This document shows, piece after piece, positions 9,641-19,026 of a DNA stretch of 64,000 nucleotides. The position numbers and the translations under genes were made by a program. Origin of the DNA: a virus. Taxonomy: Duplodnaviria > Caudoviricetes. Under the pieces are notes generated by a model, which saw nothing but the letters and a program-made list of their open reading frames with translations, was not told the origin of the DNA and did no database searches. Numbering within the stretch: position 1 is the first letter of the stretch; every line of letters begins with the position of its first letter. The DNA is taken from the IMG/VR virus record IMGVR_UViG_3300020050_009836, positions 1 through 64,000 of that record. One strand, 5' to 3'.

Positions 9641-9823
9641 CTAAGCACTCACTGAGTGCGCATCCCAATATGCCATACAAGCCTCCACAGCGTCCTCTAG
9701 AGCCTTTGTTTCCACAGAACGGAACGATGGTCGCCTTGACGCCATTTCACTCCAGAATCCGAATTGTTCTACTGCAACGTCAACTTGACGACGCAAAGAA
9801 AAAAGTAGGTCCATTCTTCCCAT
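9641..9823 (-). CDS. hypothetical protein (60 aa), probably leaderless
   Basis: ATG lies exactly 6 nt after the -10 box of a canonical promoter. Confidence 0.6.
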   Translation of the reverse strand: MGRMDLLFSLRRQVDVAVEQFGFWSEMASRRPSFRSVETKALEDAVEACMAYWDAHSVSA

Positions 9824-9829
9824 GAACCT

Positions 9830-9858
9830 ACTCTACTTCATAACTGCCAGATTGTCAA
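9830..9858 (-). promoter_or_regulatory. sigma70-like promoter
   Basis: Minus strand TTGACA(9858-9853)-17-TAGAGT(9835-9830). Confidence 0.65.
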
Positions 9859-10194
9859 CTACTTCTTCAGTTTATCTTGAGTCCTAAGGTCAATCTCATT
9901 GTTCAACCGGCGGAGAGTATCACTACGAGAATTTTCATTCTCTAGCTTTTTTGCTAACTTACCCGTATTGCCACCACGACGTTGAAGCCGACGAACAACA
10001 AGTTGGTCTTGTGGGCGAAAAGTACCAGCCGCTAGACGAGTAGTGATGTCACGTGCTTTCAGTAAATCAGATGTACTAACCTTACTAAACATCTGGCGTT
10101 GCTTTGGGATAAGTGGCTCTGGCTTTGGAGCACGTACTGCAAGGTTAGCCTCAGCACGTGTCCTAGACCCTCCAGAAGTAGGTGTTCCACCCAT
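9859..10194 (-). CDS. small basic protein (111 aa)
   Basis: R/K-rich, starts MGGTPTSGGS; 4 nt from upstream gene. Confidence 0.7.
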   Translation of the reverse strand: MGGTPTSGGSRTRAEANLAVRAPKPEPLIPKQRQMFSKVSTSDLLKARDITTRLAAGTFRPQDQLVVRRLQRRGGNTGKLAKKLENENSRSDTLRRLNNEIDLRTQDKLKK

Positions 10195-10198
10195 GGCT

Positions 10199-10567
10199 TT
10201 AGTTGGTTATCCCACGAGCGCGGTTACTTGCTGCATTCCCACCCGGAACCAACTTACCGTAAACATCCGGATTTGCTTTAGCCCTACGTCTAATTTCACC
10301 AAGTTCACGACGGATACCACCAGAACGTGTAGGAGACAACGCTGCGGTTAGGGCACTACCATATGATGTGCCAGAAACCCTCTTTTTCAATTTAGAAACT
10401 TCAGCATCACGTTGACTGGTTAGACTAGCGACACGTTCGTCGTTGCCACGTTTTCGTGCTGCACCAATCTGGCCGGTTAGACTAGCAACTTTGTATATTC
10501 TCTCTCGGTCTGCTTGTCGGAGATTTCCAGACTCAGTACGCAGTGGACCAATCATACTTCTACCCAT
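10199..10567 (-). CDS. small basic protein (122 aa)
   Basis: R/K/G-rich; in operon after endolysin. Confidence 0.7.
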   Translation of the reverse strand: MGRSMIGPLRTESGNLRQADRERIYKVASLTGQIGAARKRGNDERVASLTSQRDAEVSKLKKRVSGTSYGSALTAALSPTRSGGIRRELGEIRRRAKANPDVYGKLVPGGNAASNRARGITN

Positions 10568-10578
10568 GATGACACCTC

Positions 10579-11142
10579 TTAAAAGTTAACCGTAAGCACT
10601 CCACCATAAGTGCCTAGTTCCGACCAGTTTCGCTTCTTACGGAAATATCCGTCACCGTCACGCTCAACAGCATATGCATCAGAAGGCTCAGGTGAAGTGT
10701 TACCTTCTACTGTCCATACACCCCAAGAGTGAACAGACTGAATAACCCCAATGTGACCGATGCGACCAAGTGGCTTGATGTAAAACAACACCAAGTCTCC
10801 CGGCAACACACGACCAGCCTTATTCGCAACGCTTGCCTTAGCATCAGCAACTGATATCCAACAACCGTTTTCCTTAGCCCAATTCGACCAGTCTGGCGTG
10901 TATCCACTACGTGGAAAAGTCGTGTCGTAGGTTGTACCAAGAGCCGTAGCCGCTTGCTTCATCCTAAAACGAACAACCGCTGCACACCATGGACTACCCG
11001 CTGGGATTGGTGGCTTACATGATGCTTGATAGGCTTCAACAGCCACACCACGATTGACACCAAGCTCTGTAACACCTATGTTAGCAATAGCCAACTCAAG
11101 TGCTTTTATCGCTATAGGACGATTAGTAGGTCGCATATACAA
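10579..11142 (-). CDS. CHAP-domain endolysin
   Basis: PWCAA catalytic Cys, PGDLVLF, GHIGVI catalytic His, TVEGNT. Confidence 0.9.
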   Translation of the reverse strand: MYMRPTNRPIAIKALELAIANIGVTELGVNRGVAVEAYQASCKPPIPAGSPWCAAVVRFRMKQAATALGTTYDTTFPRSGYTPDWSNWAKENGCWISVADAKASVANKAGRVLPGDLVLFYIKPLGRIGHIGVIQSVHSWGVWTVEGNTSPEPSDAYAVERDGDGYFRKKRNWSELGTYGGVLTVNF

Positions 11143-11172
11143 ACCTTACTGGATTACGGAACACTTGCCCAA

Positions 11173-11436
11173 TTACTTCTTGGGCAGATTCTTGATTACT
11201 TCGACAACAAGGAACTCAAGGATTTCATTATCTGAAGGGGTGCCCTTCTCTTTGTCTTTGATGCGCTTGACAATAGTCTTTGTCAGCGTAGAACCTAACT
11301 GTGGCTCTAGGGCTTTCATCGCACTCGCCATCGCCATGTCTTCAGCCAAAGATACAAGAACCTTATCAACACCCTTGATGAGGTTGCGTTCTTCAATGCC
11401 GAACCATCGTTTCAATTTTGAACTAAACCAACTCAT
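11173..11436 (-). CDS. hypothetical protein with amphipathic N-terminus
   Basis: GGAGG RBS; MSWFSSKLKRWFG; lies between tail hub and endolysin. Confidence 0.7.
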   Translation of the reverse strand: MSWFSSKLKRWFGIEERNLIKGVDKVLVSLAEDMAMASAMKALEPQLGSTLTKTIVKRIKDKEKGTPSDNEILEFLVVEVIKNLPKK

Positions 11437-11438
11437 GA

Positions 11439-13703
11439 CTAGCCTCCTATAACTACGGCTGGACCTATTCTCACACCCCTATATCTTGCCTCACGAACCT
11501 TAGGTCGTGCTGTTGGCTCAAACGTAAAATTTATGCTTGGTATTGCTATGATTCTGTAGTCAGAATATGCAGTCTCGTACTCATATGTTGAAGCGTTTAT
11601 GTTATGTATTCGAACAACATCGCCAATCCAAAGTGGTCTGTCATCAGTGTTCCTAACAAGAAAATCTGAAGTCCACTCCACTAAGTCACGACCCGGTGTA
11701 AGTCTATCAACAAGAACGTCAAGTGCTCTTTGAGCCGCATCATCAGTCGTTATGGACTCATTAATATGAACAACACTACAAGTACGACCACGCCAGTTTC
11801 TTGGACGTGACGCCGGTGCAGTTGCTGGATTCTGACTAGCCGCATCGTTATAACTTCTAAATATAAGTCTATCTGTCCGTGGGTCACGACCAATTACTTG
11901 TATGTGATTGGCTTCAGCTGCCTCATAATGACGTGATAGTTGACGTATCGTCCTTTTACTGTTTAGTGTTTTTGGCACTGATGCATTACTAGCCTCAACA
12001 TCTCTCTCATACAAGTTCATCATTACAGTATTCGATAAGACTGATGGACTTATAAAACAGTATCTATATCCAGTGCTGGTTGGCATCCAGCCACGAGTGT
12101 ATGTTTGTGCGTAGTCATTCCATAATTGGTTTAACCACTTTGCAACAGTATCTCCACGTTCAGGAGCAAGACTCCATTTACCCGTCGAAATGATAGGGGA
12201 GTATGGAAGTTGAAATGCTGGGATATTGATATAGTAGTCACCAGAACCATACCCACAAATAGCCAATAGGTCTTTAACTGCATAATCCAACTCTGTTCCA
12301 TCGTACGGGACTGAGTCAATAAGCATCATCAGTTCAAATTCACGTGACCTATCTTTTCCTTCAAATGACATAGAAGGGTAAAGCATTGAGTAGTCACCCG
12401 GCTCGTAAGTTATCTCAGGAGAATCAAATGTCCCACGGCATATATCTAAGTATGTGTTATCGCCCTTTTTTATGGCAATTCTAAATGGTCTATCTGATTG
12501 ATACAAACTATTGTCAACAGCGGCATCATCGTAAAGTAATCCATACCGAGTCTGCATCTTGACTGTTTGAGTGCCGTCTTCATCAACAGAGCACTCTAGA
12601 CTTTGAATATAGTTTGTAATATCGATAGAGCCGTTATACGTATTTACTGTTGTTGGTGTTGAAAATAAGTCAATTGCATATACACCCCAAGTAGCATTTC
12701 CATCTCCAGTTAGTACTGCTGATGCTGCTACATCAGCAACCGGTACGGATGGATTCCATGCTGTTAAATCGGCTTTCACGACACCAAGTGTTGATGTAAT
12801 AGTTGCTGAGTTTGGACCTATCCGGTCAGCACCAGCCGCCCATCCTGAAAATGTAGTACCTACCGGTGGAATTGCACGTAGTGTTGTATTCCCGCCATAA
12901 ACTGTTCCAGATGTTTCAAACTTACACTTAGCAACTTGAACCATCGGATGAAATGGTGCTGGAACATACCAGTAAAACTTAGAACTTGGTGTAATGTCGT
13001 TTGTATTTGGGTCACCAACATCTGGGTCTAAGTCTTCAAATGTATGGCAGAAGTTTGTTCCGTAATTGCTGATTACAAGAAGTTCACGTTTTCGACAAGG
13101 CATCAAGACAAGGTTTACATAAGTATTTGCGGGAGACATTGAATACAACTTCATGCCACCGGGACGCATACCACCCTTTGTAGAGTCGTACTTCTCTAGT
13201 TTTTGTGCGCCTTTATAAACAACAATTGCACCACCAGCCATGACGTCAAGTCGTACTTCATTGGCCTGACCATAATTCCACCCACATCTAAAAGCAACAG
13301 TCTCGTTCGCTTTTTTAGTTCCAGACATAAAGAATGAAACATACATAGGTTGATTAGACGGAAGAACTTCACTCAACACCGCAACAGTGTTTACTCCCTC
13401 AGATGTTATGTAATAGTCTGTGGAGTGTAGTAATTTAACTTCCTTCCATTTAGTTGGTTCAGTTAATGTGTCATAGTCGGTAAGGCGTTTCCGCGCGTAG
13501 TTACCAGCACCACTAGTCGTCCACGTAGGAGTCAGTGGCAAAGGAGAAAGCATTGCAGTACCGGTAACAGCATCTACAAAGATAGTGCTTGTAGTGTTCC
13601 GCATATTCCATGTAGAGCCTTCACCAGCAACGCAATACCTAGGTACAGATACACGCTTCTCTGGTACATCTAACTCTATTTTTACTGGCCAATCTGTAGC
13701 CAT
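11439..13703 (-). CDS. tail tip/baseplate hub-like protein
   Basis: 754 aa immediately after tape measure; C-terminal ...SITTDDAAQRALDVLVDRL...LWIGDVVRI resembles hub proteins. Confidence 0.65.
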   Translation of the reverse strand: MATDWPVKIELDVPEKRVSVPRYCVAGEGSTWNMRNTTSTIFVDAVTGTAMLSPLPLTPTWTTSGAGNYARKRLTDYDTLTEPTKWKEVKLLHSTDYYITSEGVNTVAVLSEVLPSNQPMYVSFFMSGTKKANETVAFRCGWNYGQANEVRLDVMAGGAIVVYKGAQKLEKYDSTKGGMRPGGMKLYSMSPANTYVNLVLMPCRKRELLVISNYGTNFCHTFEDLDPDVGDPNTNDITPSSKFYWYVPAPFHPMVQVAKCKFETSGTVYGGNTTLRAIPPVGTTFSGWAAGADRIGPNSATITSTLGVVKADLTAWNPSVPVADVAASAVLTGDGNATWGVYAIDLFSTPTTVNTYNGSIDITNYIQSLECSVDEDGTQTVKMQTRYGLLYDDAAVDNSLYQSDRPFRIAIKKGDNTYLDICRGTFDSPEITYEPGDYSMLYPSMSFEGKDRSREFELMMLIDSVPYDGTELDYAVKDLLAICGYGSGDYYINIPAFQLPYSPIISTGKWSLAPERGDTVAKWLNQLWNDYAQTYTRGWMPTSTGYRYCFISPSVLSNTVMMNLYERDVEASNASVPKTLNSKRTIRQLSRHYEAAEANHIQVIGRDPRTDRLIFRSYNDAASQNPATAPASRPRNWRGRTCSVVHINESITTDDAAQRALDVLVDRLTPGRDLVEWTSDFLVRNTDDRPLWIGDVVRIHNINASTYEYETAYSDYRIIAIPSINFTFEPTARPKVREARYRGVRIGPAVVIGG

Positions 13704-16007
13704 TTAACTTCTCCGGAACGGGTTGTTTACATCACCTTTGCGTGATTGCTCATTCATGAAAGCACGTAAACCTTGTTCTATCAAACTTGGGGCAGTTCTT
13801 AGACCCGGTGAGTTAACACGTGCTCCACCTCTAAGTTCAGTTGGCGTAACTCCTAACTTAGCGAGTTCACCACCACCGAGAGTCTGAGTACGCAATGAAA
13901 GTCTATCAGCCGTCTTGCCGGTATTTGTAGCAATCTCTTTGAGCGTATCAAGTGATTTATTTCCACCACCTATTGCACCAGTTGGCTGAACTGGTCGATT
14001 GCCGTAGTTTAGACCATCTGGTAAGTTTGGCATGCCTTGCATGTTTTTTGCAATGCGACCATAGATATCATCTGCTTTAGTGCCAACACTGCCAAATGCT
14101 TTTCCAATATTTGCTAGTTCAGGTACGCTATTGAAGGCATTTTTGATATCACCAAATAAGTTAGGGACGAGAGTTCCAGCGGCTCGTTTCCTATCTAGCT
14201 CTGCAATTTTCGTGTTACGGGCTGCTGCTGAATCATCCATAACTCCTCCGGCAATACCTAAGCCAATGGTTGGAGCAACAAAAGATGTTAGGGCGGAGCC
14301 AATCATTTCAGCGACCCCACCTCCGTAGTAACCAATTGCGTCTACTATATTTCCTTCTTTAAGTGCTTGTGTTCCCGTAGCAAACTGCTTTAATGAACCC
14401 ATCGCCATTTTCATTGCTAATAAGAATGGTTGAAGGTAACCAACGATAGCATCGAAAACGTCCTTGAAGTAAAGTCCAACATATTGAACCCAGTAAACAA
14501 TGTCGTTTGCCCATTGTGGACCTACGGTGCCTAAGTAGTTAAATAAAGCAACTGCACCTTCTTTTAGAGCAGTGTATATAACTGGAATTTGTTGCACAGC
14601 CGCAATAATATAACTTCCAATACGTGCGGCTGCTTCCCTGAAGTTATCAACAAGGGATTTTGTATCTACAAAACCAAATAGACTTGCAAGTGCTTCTTGA
14701 ATTACACCGCTAGTACCAATGGAGTAAAAAACTTCTCCAATTGCAGTAGATATTTGACTAATGTTTTCAATTAGACTCTGCATGCCCGGTTGAGAAGCCG
14801 TAAACATAGCCGCAAGCCCTTGACCAACTGGACGTGTGGCTTCAGCCAAGTCATCCATTACGTTTTCAAGGTTTGTACTTACGCCACCAGAGACACTTGG
14901 CAACTTCAGCATTTCAGTATTAATCATGTCAACGACATCAAAAACTGACTTACCAGTTTGCTCCATAATCTTGGAGATTTCTTCGCCCTTAGCACTGCCA
15001 AATGCTTTCAACAACACCATACGAATCTGAGGAACACGTTCAGATAACTGTCTGATTTCATCGCCTTCCAACTTACCGGCGGTAACGATTTGTTGAAGTG
15101 CAAGCATTGCTCCCTTAAAGTCTGCTTTACCCTTACCAACGGCGGCAAGAGCACGTGCAAATCCCATGATGGAACGTTCTGCGTTTTCAGCATCCATACC
15201 GGCTGCACGGAGACCAACTGTGGCTTGAATAACTTCAGGTAAGGCTAGACCGGGAAGTTTGGCAAGTTGTCTCAAGCGACCCAATGTTTCCGTCAGGGAC
15301 TGTGCATTATTTTCATATGCCGCAAGTCCACGTATCTGCTGTTCATAAGATACATACTGTGCAAACTGCTGTTGAAGGAACATGGCAGATAGGCTTACGG
15401 CTGCTTTAGTTGCTTCTACCCCAACACTTATAATGCCACCAGCAACATTAGCAAGGACACCTATAAGTTGACTAGCAATATTAGCAACAGTTCCAAGCAC
15501 ACCAGAGAACATCTGCAATGCGCCACCAGACACAGAGCCAATAGCACCAACTACTGCACCTATGCCAGCAACAACCATTCCTATAGGACCACCGGCACCA
15601 CCTAAGCTTGATATAGCAGTTCCCATGGCACTAAATGCACTAGTTCCAAGTTGACTGACTGTACTTATCGTCTGGCCAAATTTACCAATTAATGAAATAG
15701 GTGAGGCTGAGATGCGACCCATATTTGCCATCGCACCAGAGACTTTATTGATACCATTTGACATCCCATCAAATGTGCCGCCGCCGCCACCACCACCGCC
15801 ACCACCAGAGCCACCACGTCCACCACCACCACCTACACGCCCAGTTATCGAGAGTTTAGGCATAGCCGCGGCACTACTAAATGTCTTTTGTAGGTTTTGA
15901 ATAGCCGCCGCGGCTTTGTTGGCTTGCGTTTCGAGCTTGGCAAGGTCGGCTTCGGTACGACGAATGTTCGTACCTTTGACTTTAATCTCAAGCTCACGTA
16001 ATGTCAT
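13704..16007 (-). CDS. tail tape measure protein
   Basis: A/G-rich helical 767 aa; ALQQIVTAGKLEGDEIRQLSERVP tape-measure motif; position after chaperone. Confidence 0.9.
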   Translation of the reverse strand: MTLRELEIKVKGTNIRRTEADLAKLETQANKAAAAIQNLQKTFSSAAAMPKLSITGRVGGGGGRGGSGGGGGGGGGGTFDGMSNGINKVSGAMANMGRISASPISLIGKFGQTISTVSQLGTSAFSAMGTAISSLGGAGGPIGMVVAGIGAVVGAIGSVSGGALQMFSGVLGTVANIASQLIGVLANVAGGIISVGVEATKAAVSLSAMFLQQQFAQYVSYEQQIRGLAAYENNAQSLTETLGRLRQLAKLPGLALPEVIQATVGLRAAGMDAENAERSIMGFARALAAVGKGKADFKGAMLALQQIVTAGKLEGDEIRQLSERVPQIRMVLLKAFGSAKGEEISKIMEQTGKSVFDVVDMINTEMLKLPSVSGGVSTNLENVMDDLAEATRPVGQGLAAMFTASQPGMQSLIENISQISTAIGEVFYSIGTSGVIQEALASLFGFVDTKSLVDNFREAAARIGSYIIAAVQQIPVIYTALKEGAVALFNYLGTVGPQWANDIVYWVQYVGLYFKDVFDAIVGYLQPFLLAMKMAMGSLKQFATGTQALKEGNIVDAIGYYGGGVAEMIGSALTSFVAPTIGLGIAGGVMDDSAAARNTKIAELDRKRAAGTLVPNLFGDIKNAFNSVPELANIGKAFGSVGTKADDIYGRIAKNMQGMPNLPDGLNYGNRPVQPTGAIGGGNKSLDTLKEIATNTGKTADRLSLRTQTLGGGELAKLGVTPTELRGGARVNSPGLRTAPSLIEQGLRAFMNEQSRKGDVNNPFRRS

Positions 16008-16189
16008 TTTGCACCCAACGCCCTTGCTGTTATCATTGCTAGTTCTTCTTCACGTTTATCTAGCATTTGACCTATATAGACTAACTCGCTTAATCTATCA
16101 AAGTCTAGGTCAGTCTCCGCCGGGTGCCTATGCAAATACTTTACGGAGTAGTACAAAGCAAGTTGCGCTACTCCGCTGAGTCGTTTCCC
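16004..16189 (-). other. programmed -1 frameshift site and gpT-like extension (fusion about 184 aa)
   Basis: GGGAAAC at 16189-16183; -1 frame open for 59 codons (RLSGVAQLALYYSVKYLHRHPAETDLDFDRL...GAK), its TGA overlapping the TMP ATG. Confidence 0.85.
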
Positions 16190-16557
16190 ACTTCTTTCCT
16201 ACCAGTAATGTCATCTTGTGGAAAGGCAGTTCCGTACTGAGCCAACATATAGAAGAACAAGTCACTGTTCTCACGACCAATGATTGCGATAGAACGCCAA
16301 GGTGTAATCGCTTGACCGTTGTCAGTTTCATCTGGAACATATGTGCGTCCCATCACAAGAATCGACTGGAGCATAGCTTCCTTGAACTCAGGAAACTGTA
16401 TCTTTGCATCCCGCAACTCATTTGCATCAGGAAAGATGTCGGCTGCTTTTGGAGCACGGAATGTAAGAGTTCCCTCTCCAGCAAATTCGGCTAGGTCGAT
16501 AACCAAGTTAGGTTGAGTAGCCTTTGGTTTAACTGTTTTTAAACTTTGTAATCCCAT
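16168..16557 (-). CDS. tail assembly chaperone (gpG-like)
   Basis: Between tail tube and TMP; slippery heptamer G GGA AAC in frame near the 3' end. Confidence 0.8.
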   Translation of the reverse strand: MGLQSLKTVKPKATQPNLVIDLAEFAGEGTLTFRAPKAADIFPDANELRDAKIQFPEFKEAMLQSILVMGRTYVPDETDNGQAITPWRSIAIIGRENSDLFFYMLAQYGTAFPQDDITGRKEVGNDSAE

Positions 16558-16578
16558 AGTAATCCTTAAATACGGTAA

Positions 16579-17031
16579 CTATCCACCGACACCATACGTG
16601 CCAATTGTAATTGTTACCTTCTCAGTAAGGATACCATCTAAGTCCATTGACAGTGATACATCACTAATAACACCCTCATCTATCACTGAAGTGGAGCCAT
16701 AAAGTATCCATGGCATCTCTGCCTGAACCTTACAGTAGTGGTTTAAATAAGGGTGAAATAGTAATGCATTGTCCTGAAAACTTTGTATAGAAGTAGTGTC
16801 TACATAAACTTCAAGTTCTACAGTGCCACTGCCACGTGTAAAATATAATTTATCACTAGTGTCTGCTATTGACGACAAGTCAATTGATGCTAATTTACCT
16901 TGCCTACTGTAAGACCTCACTAGGCAACTAATGTTGTCCATTGTAAAGAATGTATACAATGGATTACCATCTTGAGTACCATTAGAAATCTCTACTGATA
17001 CAACAATGTTGTTAGCCGTGATAGCAGCCAT
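16579..17031 (-). CDS. tail tube-like protein, paralog 3 (divergent)
   Basis: 150 aa; CLVRSYSR...RGSGTVELEV...DGILTEKVTITIG shared with neighbours. Confidence 0.65.
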   Translation of the reverse strand: MAAITANNIVVSVEISNGTQDGNPLYTFFTMDNISCLVRSYSRQGKLASIDLSSIADTSDKLYFTRGSGTVELEVYVDTTSIQSFQDNALLFHPYLNHYCKVQAEMPWILYGSTSVIDEGVISDVSLSMDLDGILTEKVTITIGTYGVGG

Positions 17032-17483
17032 TAGACGCCGCCAAAACTTGTTATTCCGTTGACGCCAAGCACGATTGTAAGCGTTTCTGAAATGTAGCCG
17101 TCAACCTCAGCGCTGATACCAGTTGAGGTAATAAGTCCAAAGTCCGTGTATGTAGTAGGTCCAATCGTGGCAGTGACCTTGATATAGAATCCTTCTTTGT
17201 CAAGGAATAATGCTGCTGTACCAGTCGGCAACAGCAACTCCATTTCAATCGTTCCAGATTTACGGGTTGGGCTAACCTTTGTTTCAGTGTCGCAAAATGC
17301 TCCAGCCTCTACGGTTCCTATTTCCAAAGAACGGCTATAACTTCTTGCTAGACAACGTCTCTCAACAACAGTACCTACTGCTGAACTTGGAGCTCCGGGA
17401 GTAAGTCCACTACCTTGTGAGTTACCACCAAGAAATATACCTACGCTGATATTTTGTGCTGTTTGAATTTGTGCTGATGGCAT
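17031..17483 (-). CDS. tail tube-like protein, paralog 2
   Basis: 150 aa; CLARSYSRSLEIGTVEAGAFCDTE...RKSGTIEME. Confidence 0.7.
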   Translation of the reverse strand: MPSAQIQTAQNISVGIFLGGNSQGSGLTPGAPSSAVGTVVERRCLARSYSRSLEIGTVEAGAFCDTETKVSPTRKSGTIEMELLLPTGTAALFLDKEGFYIKVTATIGPTTYTDFGLITSTGISAEVDGYISETLTIVLGVNGITSFGGV

Positions 17484-17496
17484 TTATATTCTCCTA

Positions 17497-17949
17497 TTAC
17501 GCTGCCGAGTGGAAGGACTCAACACCACTTACACCAAGTGTGATAGTCACATTCTCAGTTATGATTCCATCGACTTCGGCACTGACGGATACGGCAGTTA
17601 TTAACCCAAAGTCCAATACGGTTGTAGAGGAGTTTATGACCGCTTGAACTGATACGTAGTATCCGACTGACCCTTGGAATATAGGATATGTACCAGTCGT
17701 CGGTACAAGTACTTCCATTTCAATAGTGCCAGATTTGCGAGTACTCGCCATCTTCATTTCAGTATCACAGAACGCACCGGCTTCAACAGTACCAATTTCC
17801 GTGGAACGAGTATATGAACGGGCTAAGCAGTTCAACTGCGTTACAGGAGTATTAGCAGTTGTGCCGATAGGCGTACCAGCTTGTGCGTCTGCTCCTATTT
17901 TGTAAACAATGCTAATATTATTAGCACGTGTAACTTGTGCTGAAGGCAT
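17497..17949 (-). CDS. tail tube-like protein, paralog 1
   Basis: 150 aa; CLARSYTRSTEIGTVEAGAFCDTE...RKSGTIEME; follows tail terminator. Confidence 0.7.
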   Translation of the reverse strand: MPSAQVTRANNISIVYKIGADAQAGTPIGTTANTPVTQLNCLARSYTRSTEIGTVEAGAFCDTEMKMASTRKSGTIEMEVLVPTTGTYPIFQGSVGYYVSVQAVINSSTTVLDFGLITAVSVSAEVDGIITENVTITLGVSGVESFHSAA

Positions 17950-17950
17950 C

Positions 17951-18436
17951 CTAGACTCCTATTTCAACCGTAACCATTGCTTGGTAAGTTGCCGTAATTC
18001 CGTAATCAGTAATACCACTTGACGGGTCAGGAAAGATAACATCGCTACTATCTCTCCGAATCCAAAAGCGTGGAGTTGTGTATGACTCTTTGTTGTCTAT
18101 GAGTTCATCCACTCTATCCATTATTGGTTTTATCCGAGCGTATGACACACTTCCACTTTGTCTATCCCACGTGGTAATGCGTAGTGTTGGATTAGCCAAA
18201 AACCGTGAGCCACATAGTGACCGTTCATCAACTCCACCATCCGCTAAGGCAACTATGACAAATGGGGCTAGTGGGCTTTGCCCACTTATTGGGTCAACTT
18301 GTGGTGCCATATCTGTGTACACGGCTTGTTGAAATCCCTTTACCTTTGACGTACCGGCAAGCAATTCAGCCAGAACATCATCTTCAGATAAAGTCTTGTA
18401 TATCCACGATATGACATCAACCCATTCAATAGCCAT
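17951..18436 (-). CDS. tail terminator/completion protein (DUF3168-like)
   Basis: IYKTLSEDDVLAELL...VYTDMAP...PFVIV; canonical position. Confidence 0.7.
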   Translation of the reverse strand: MAIEWVDVISWIYKTLSEDDVLAELLAGTSKVKGFQQAVYTDMAPQVDPISGQSPLAPFVIVALADGGVDERSLCGSRFLANPTLRITTWDRQSGSVSYARIKPIMDRVDELIDNKESYTTPRFWIRRDSSDVIFPDPSSGITDYGITATYQAMVTVEIGV

Positions 18437-18747
18437 TAGAGTTTATTTAGAGTCCTAGTTACGTGGTAAGACATACGTGTAAATGCCGGAGCCATAAATG
18501 GTTGTGCCGGTTGTGTTGGACTACCCAGTTCAACTATCGGTGCGTATGGACGACGTGTATACAAAACTGCTTCAATGGCGTTAGGGTTAGCAACTGACGA
18601 ACTCACTTTGATGGAGTCACGTAGTTTTCCAGATGCAACTGGAGCCTTCTGCTGTGCAACAGATTGACCTATTTTGCATGCTTCAAAAGGCAGACGCTCC
18701 AATGTACGGAACATAGCCTTTAGTTTTCTATCTTTTACTCTTGACAT
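18436..18747 (-). CDS. HK97 gp10-like neck protein
   Basis: KAPVASGKLRDSI...YAPIVELGS..QPAQPFMAPA. Confidence 0.85.
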   Translation of the reverse strand: MSRVKDRKLKAMFRTLERLPFEACKIGQSVAQQKAPVASGKLRDSIKVSSSVANPNAIEAVLYTRRPYAPIVELGSPTQPAQPFMAPAFTRMSYHVTRTLNKL

Positions 18748-18786
18748 AGTGAAATCATACGTCTTTTGTTGTCAGTATATAAACAA

Positions 18787-19026
18787 CTAAGGAGTGTCGG
18801 CTTCAATCTTAGCCTTAAGCATACCTACACAGTACTGAGCATCACTTACATGAGCCATAGCCTGAAGCAAGTCTTGATACAAATCTTCGACATCTTGATT
18901 GACGTATTCGAACTCACGGCGACTAGAAAGTTTCTGCATATTACGCATAGTCAAAGTTAGGCTTGTGTCAGCCGCAGACATGACCAATAGCATAGCCGTC
19001 TGTATGTCGCTCAAACCCTCTTTCAT
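18787..19026 (-). CDS. hypothetical protein (79 aa)
   Basis: ATGA-coupled to last array gene. Confidence 0.6.
   Translation of the reverse strand: MKEGLSDIQTAMLLVMSAADTSLTLTMRNMQKLSSRREFEYVNQDVEDLYQDLLQAMAHVSDAQYCVGMLKAKIEADTP

Noticed and set aside
15778-15836. Poly-Gly GGN run in the tape measure gene as a phase-variation tract
   Set aside because: Mixed GGT/GGC codons in frame; consistent with a flexible linker, and slippage would not switch expression.
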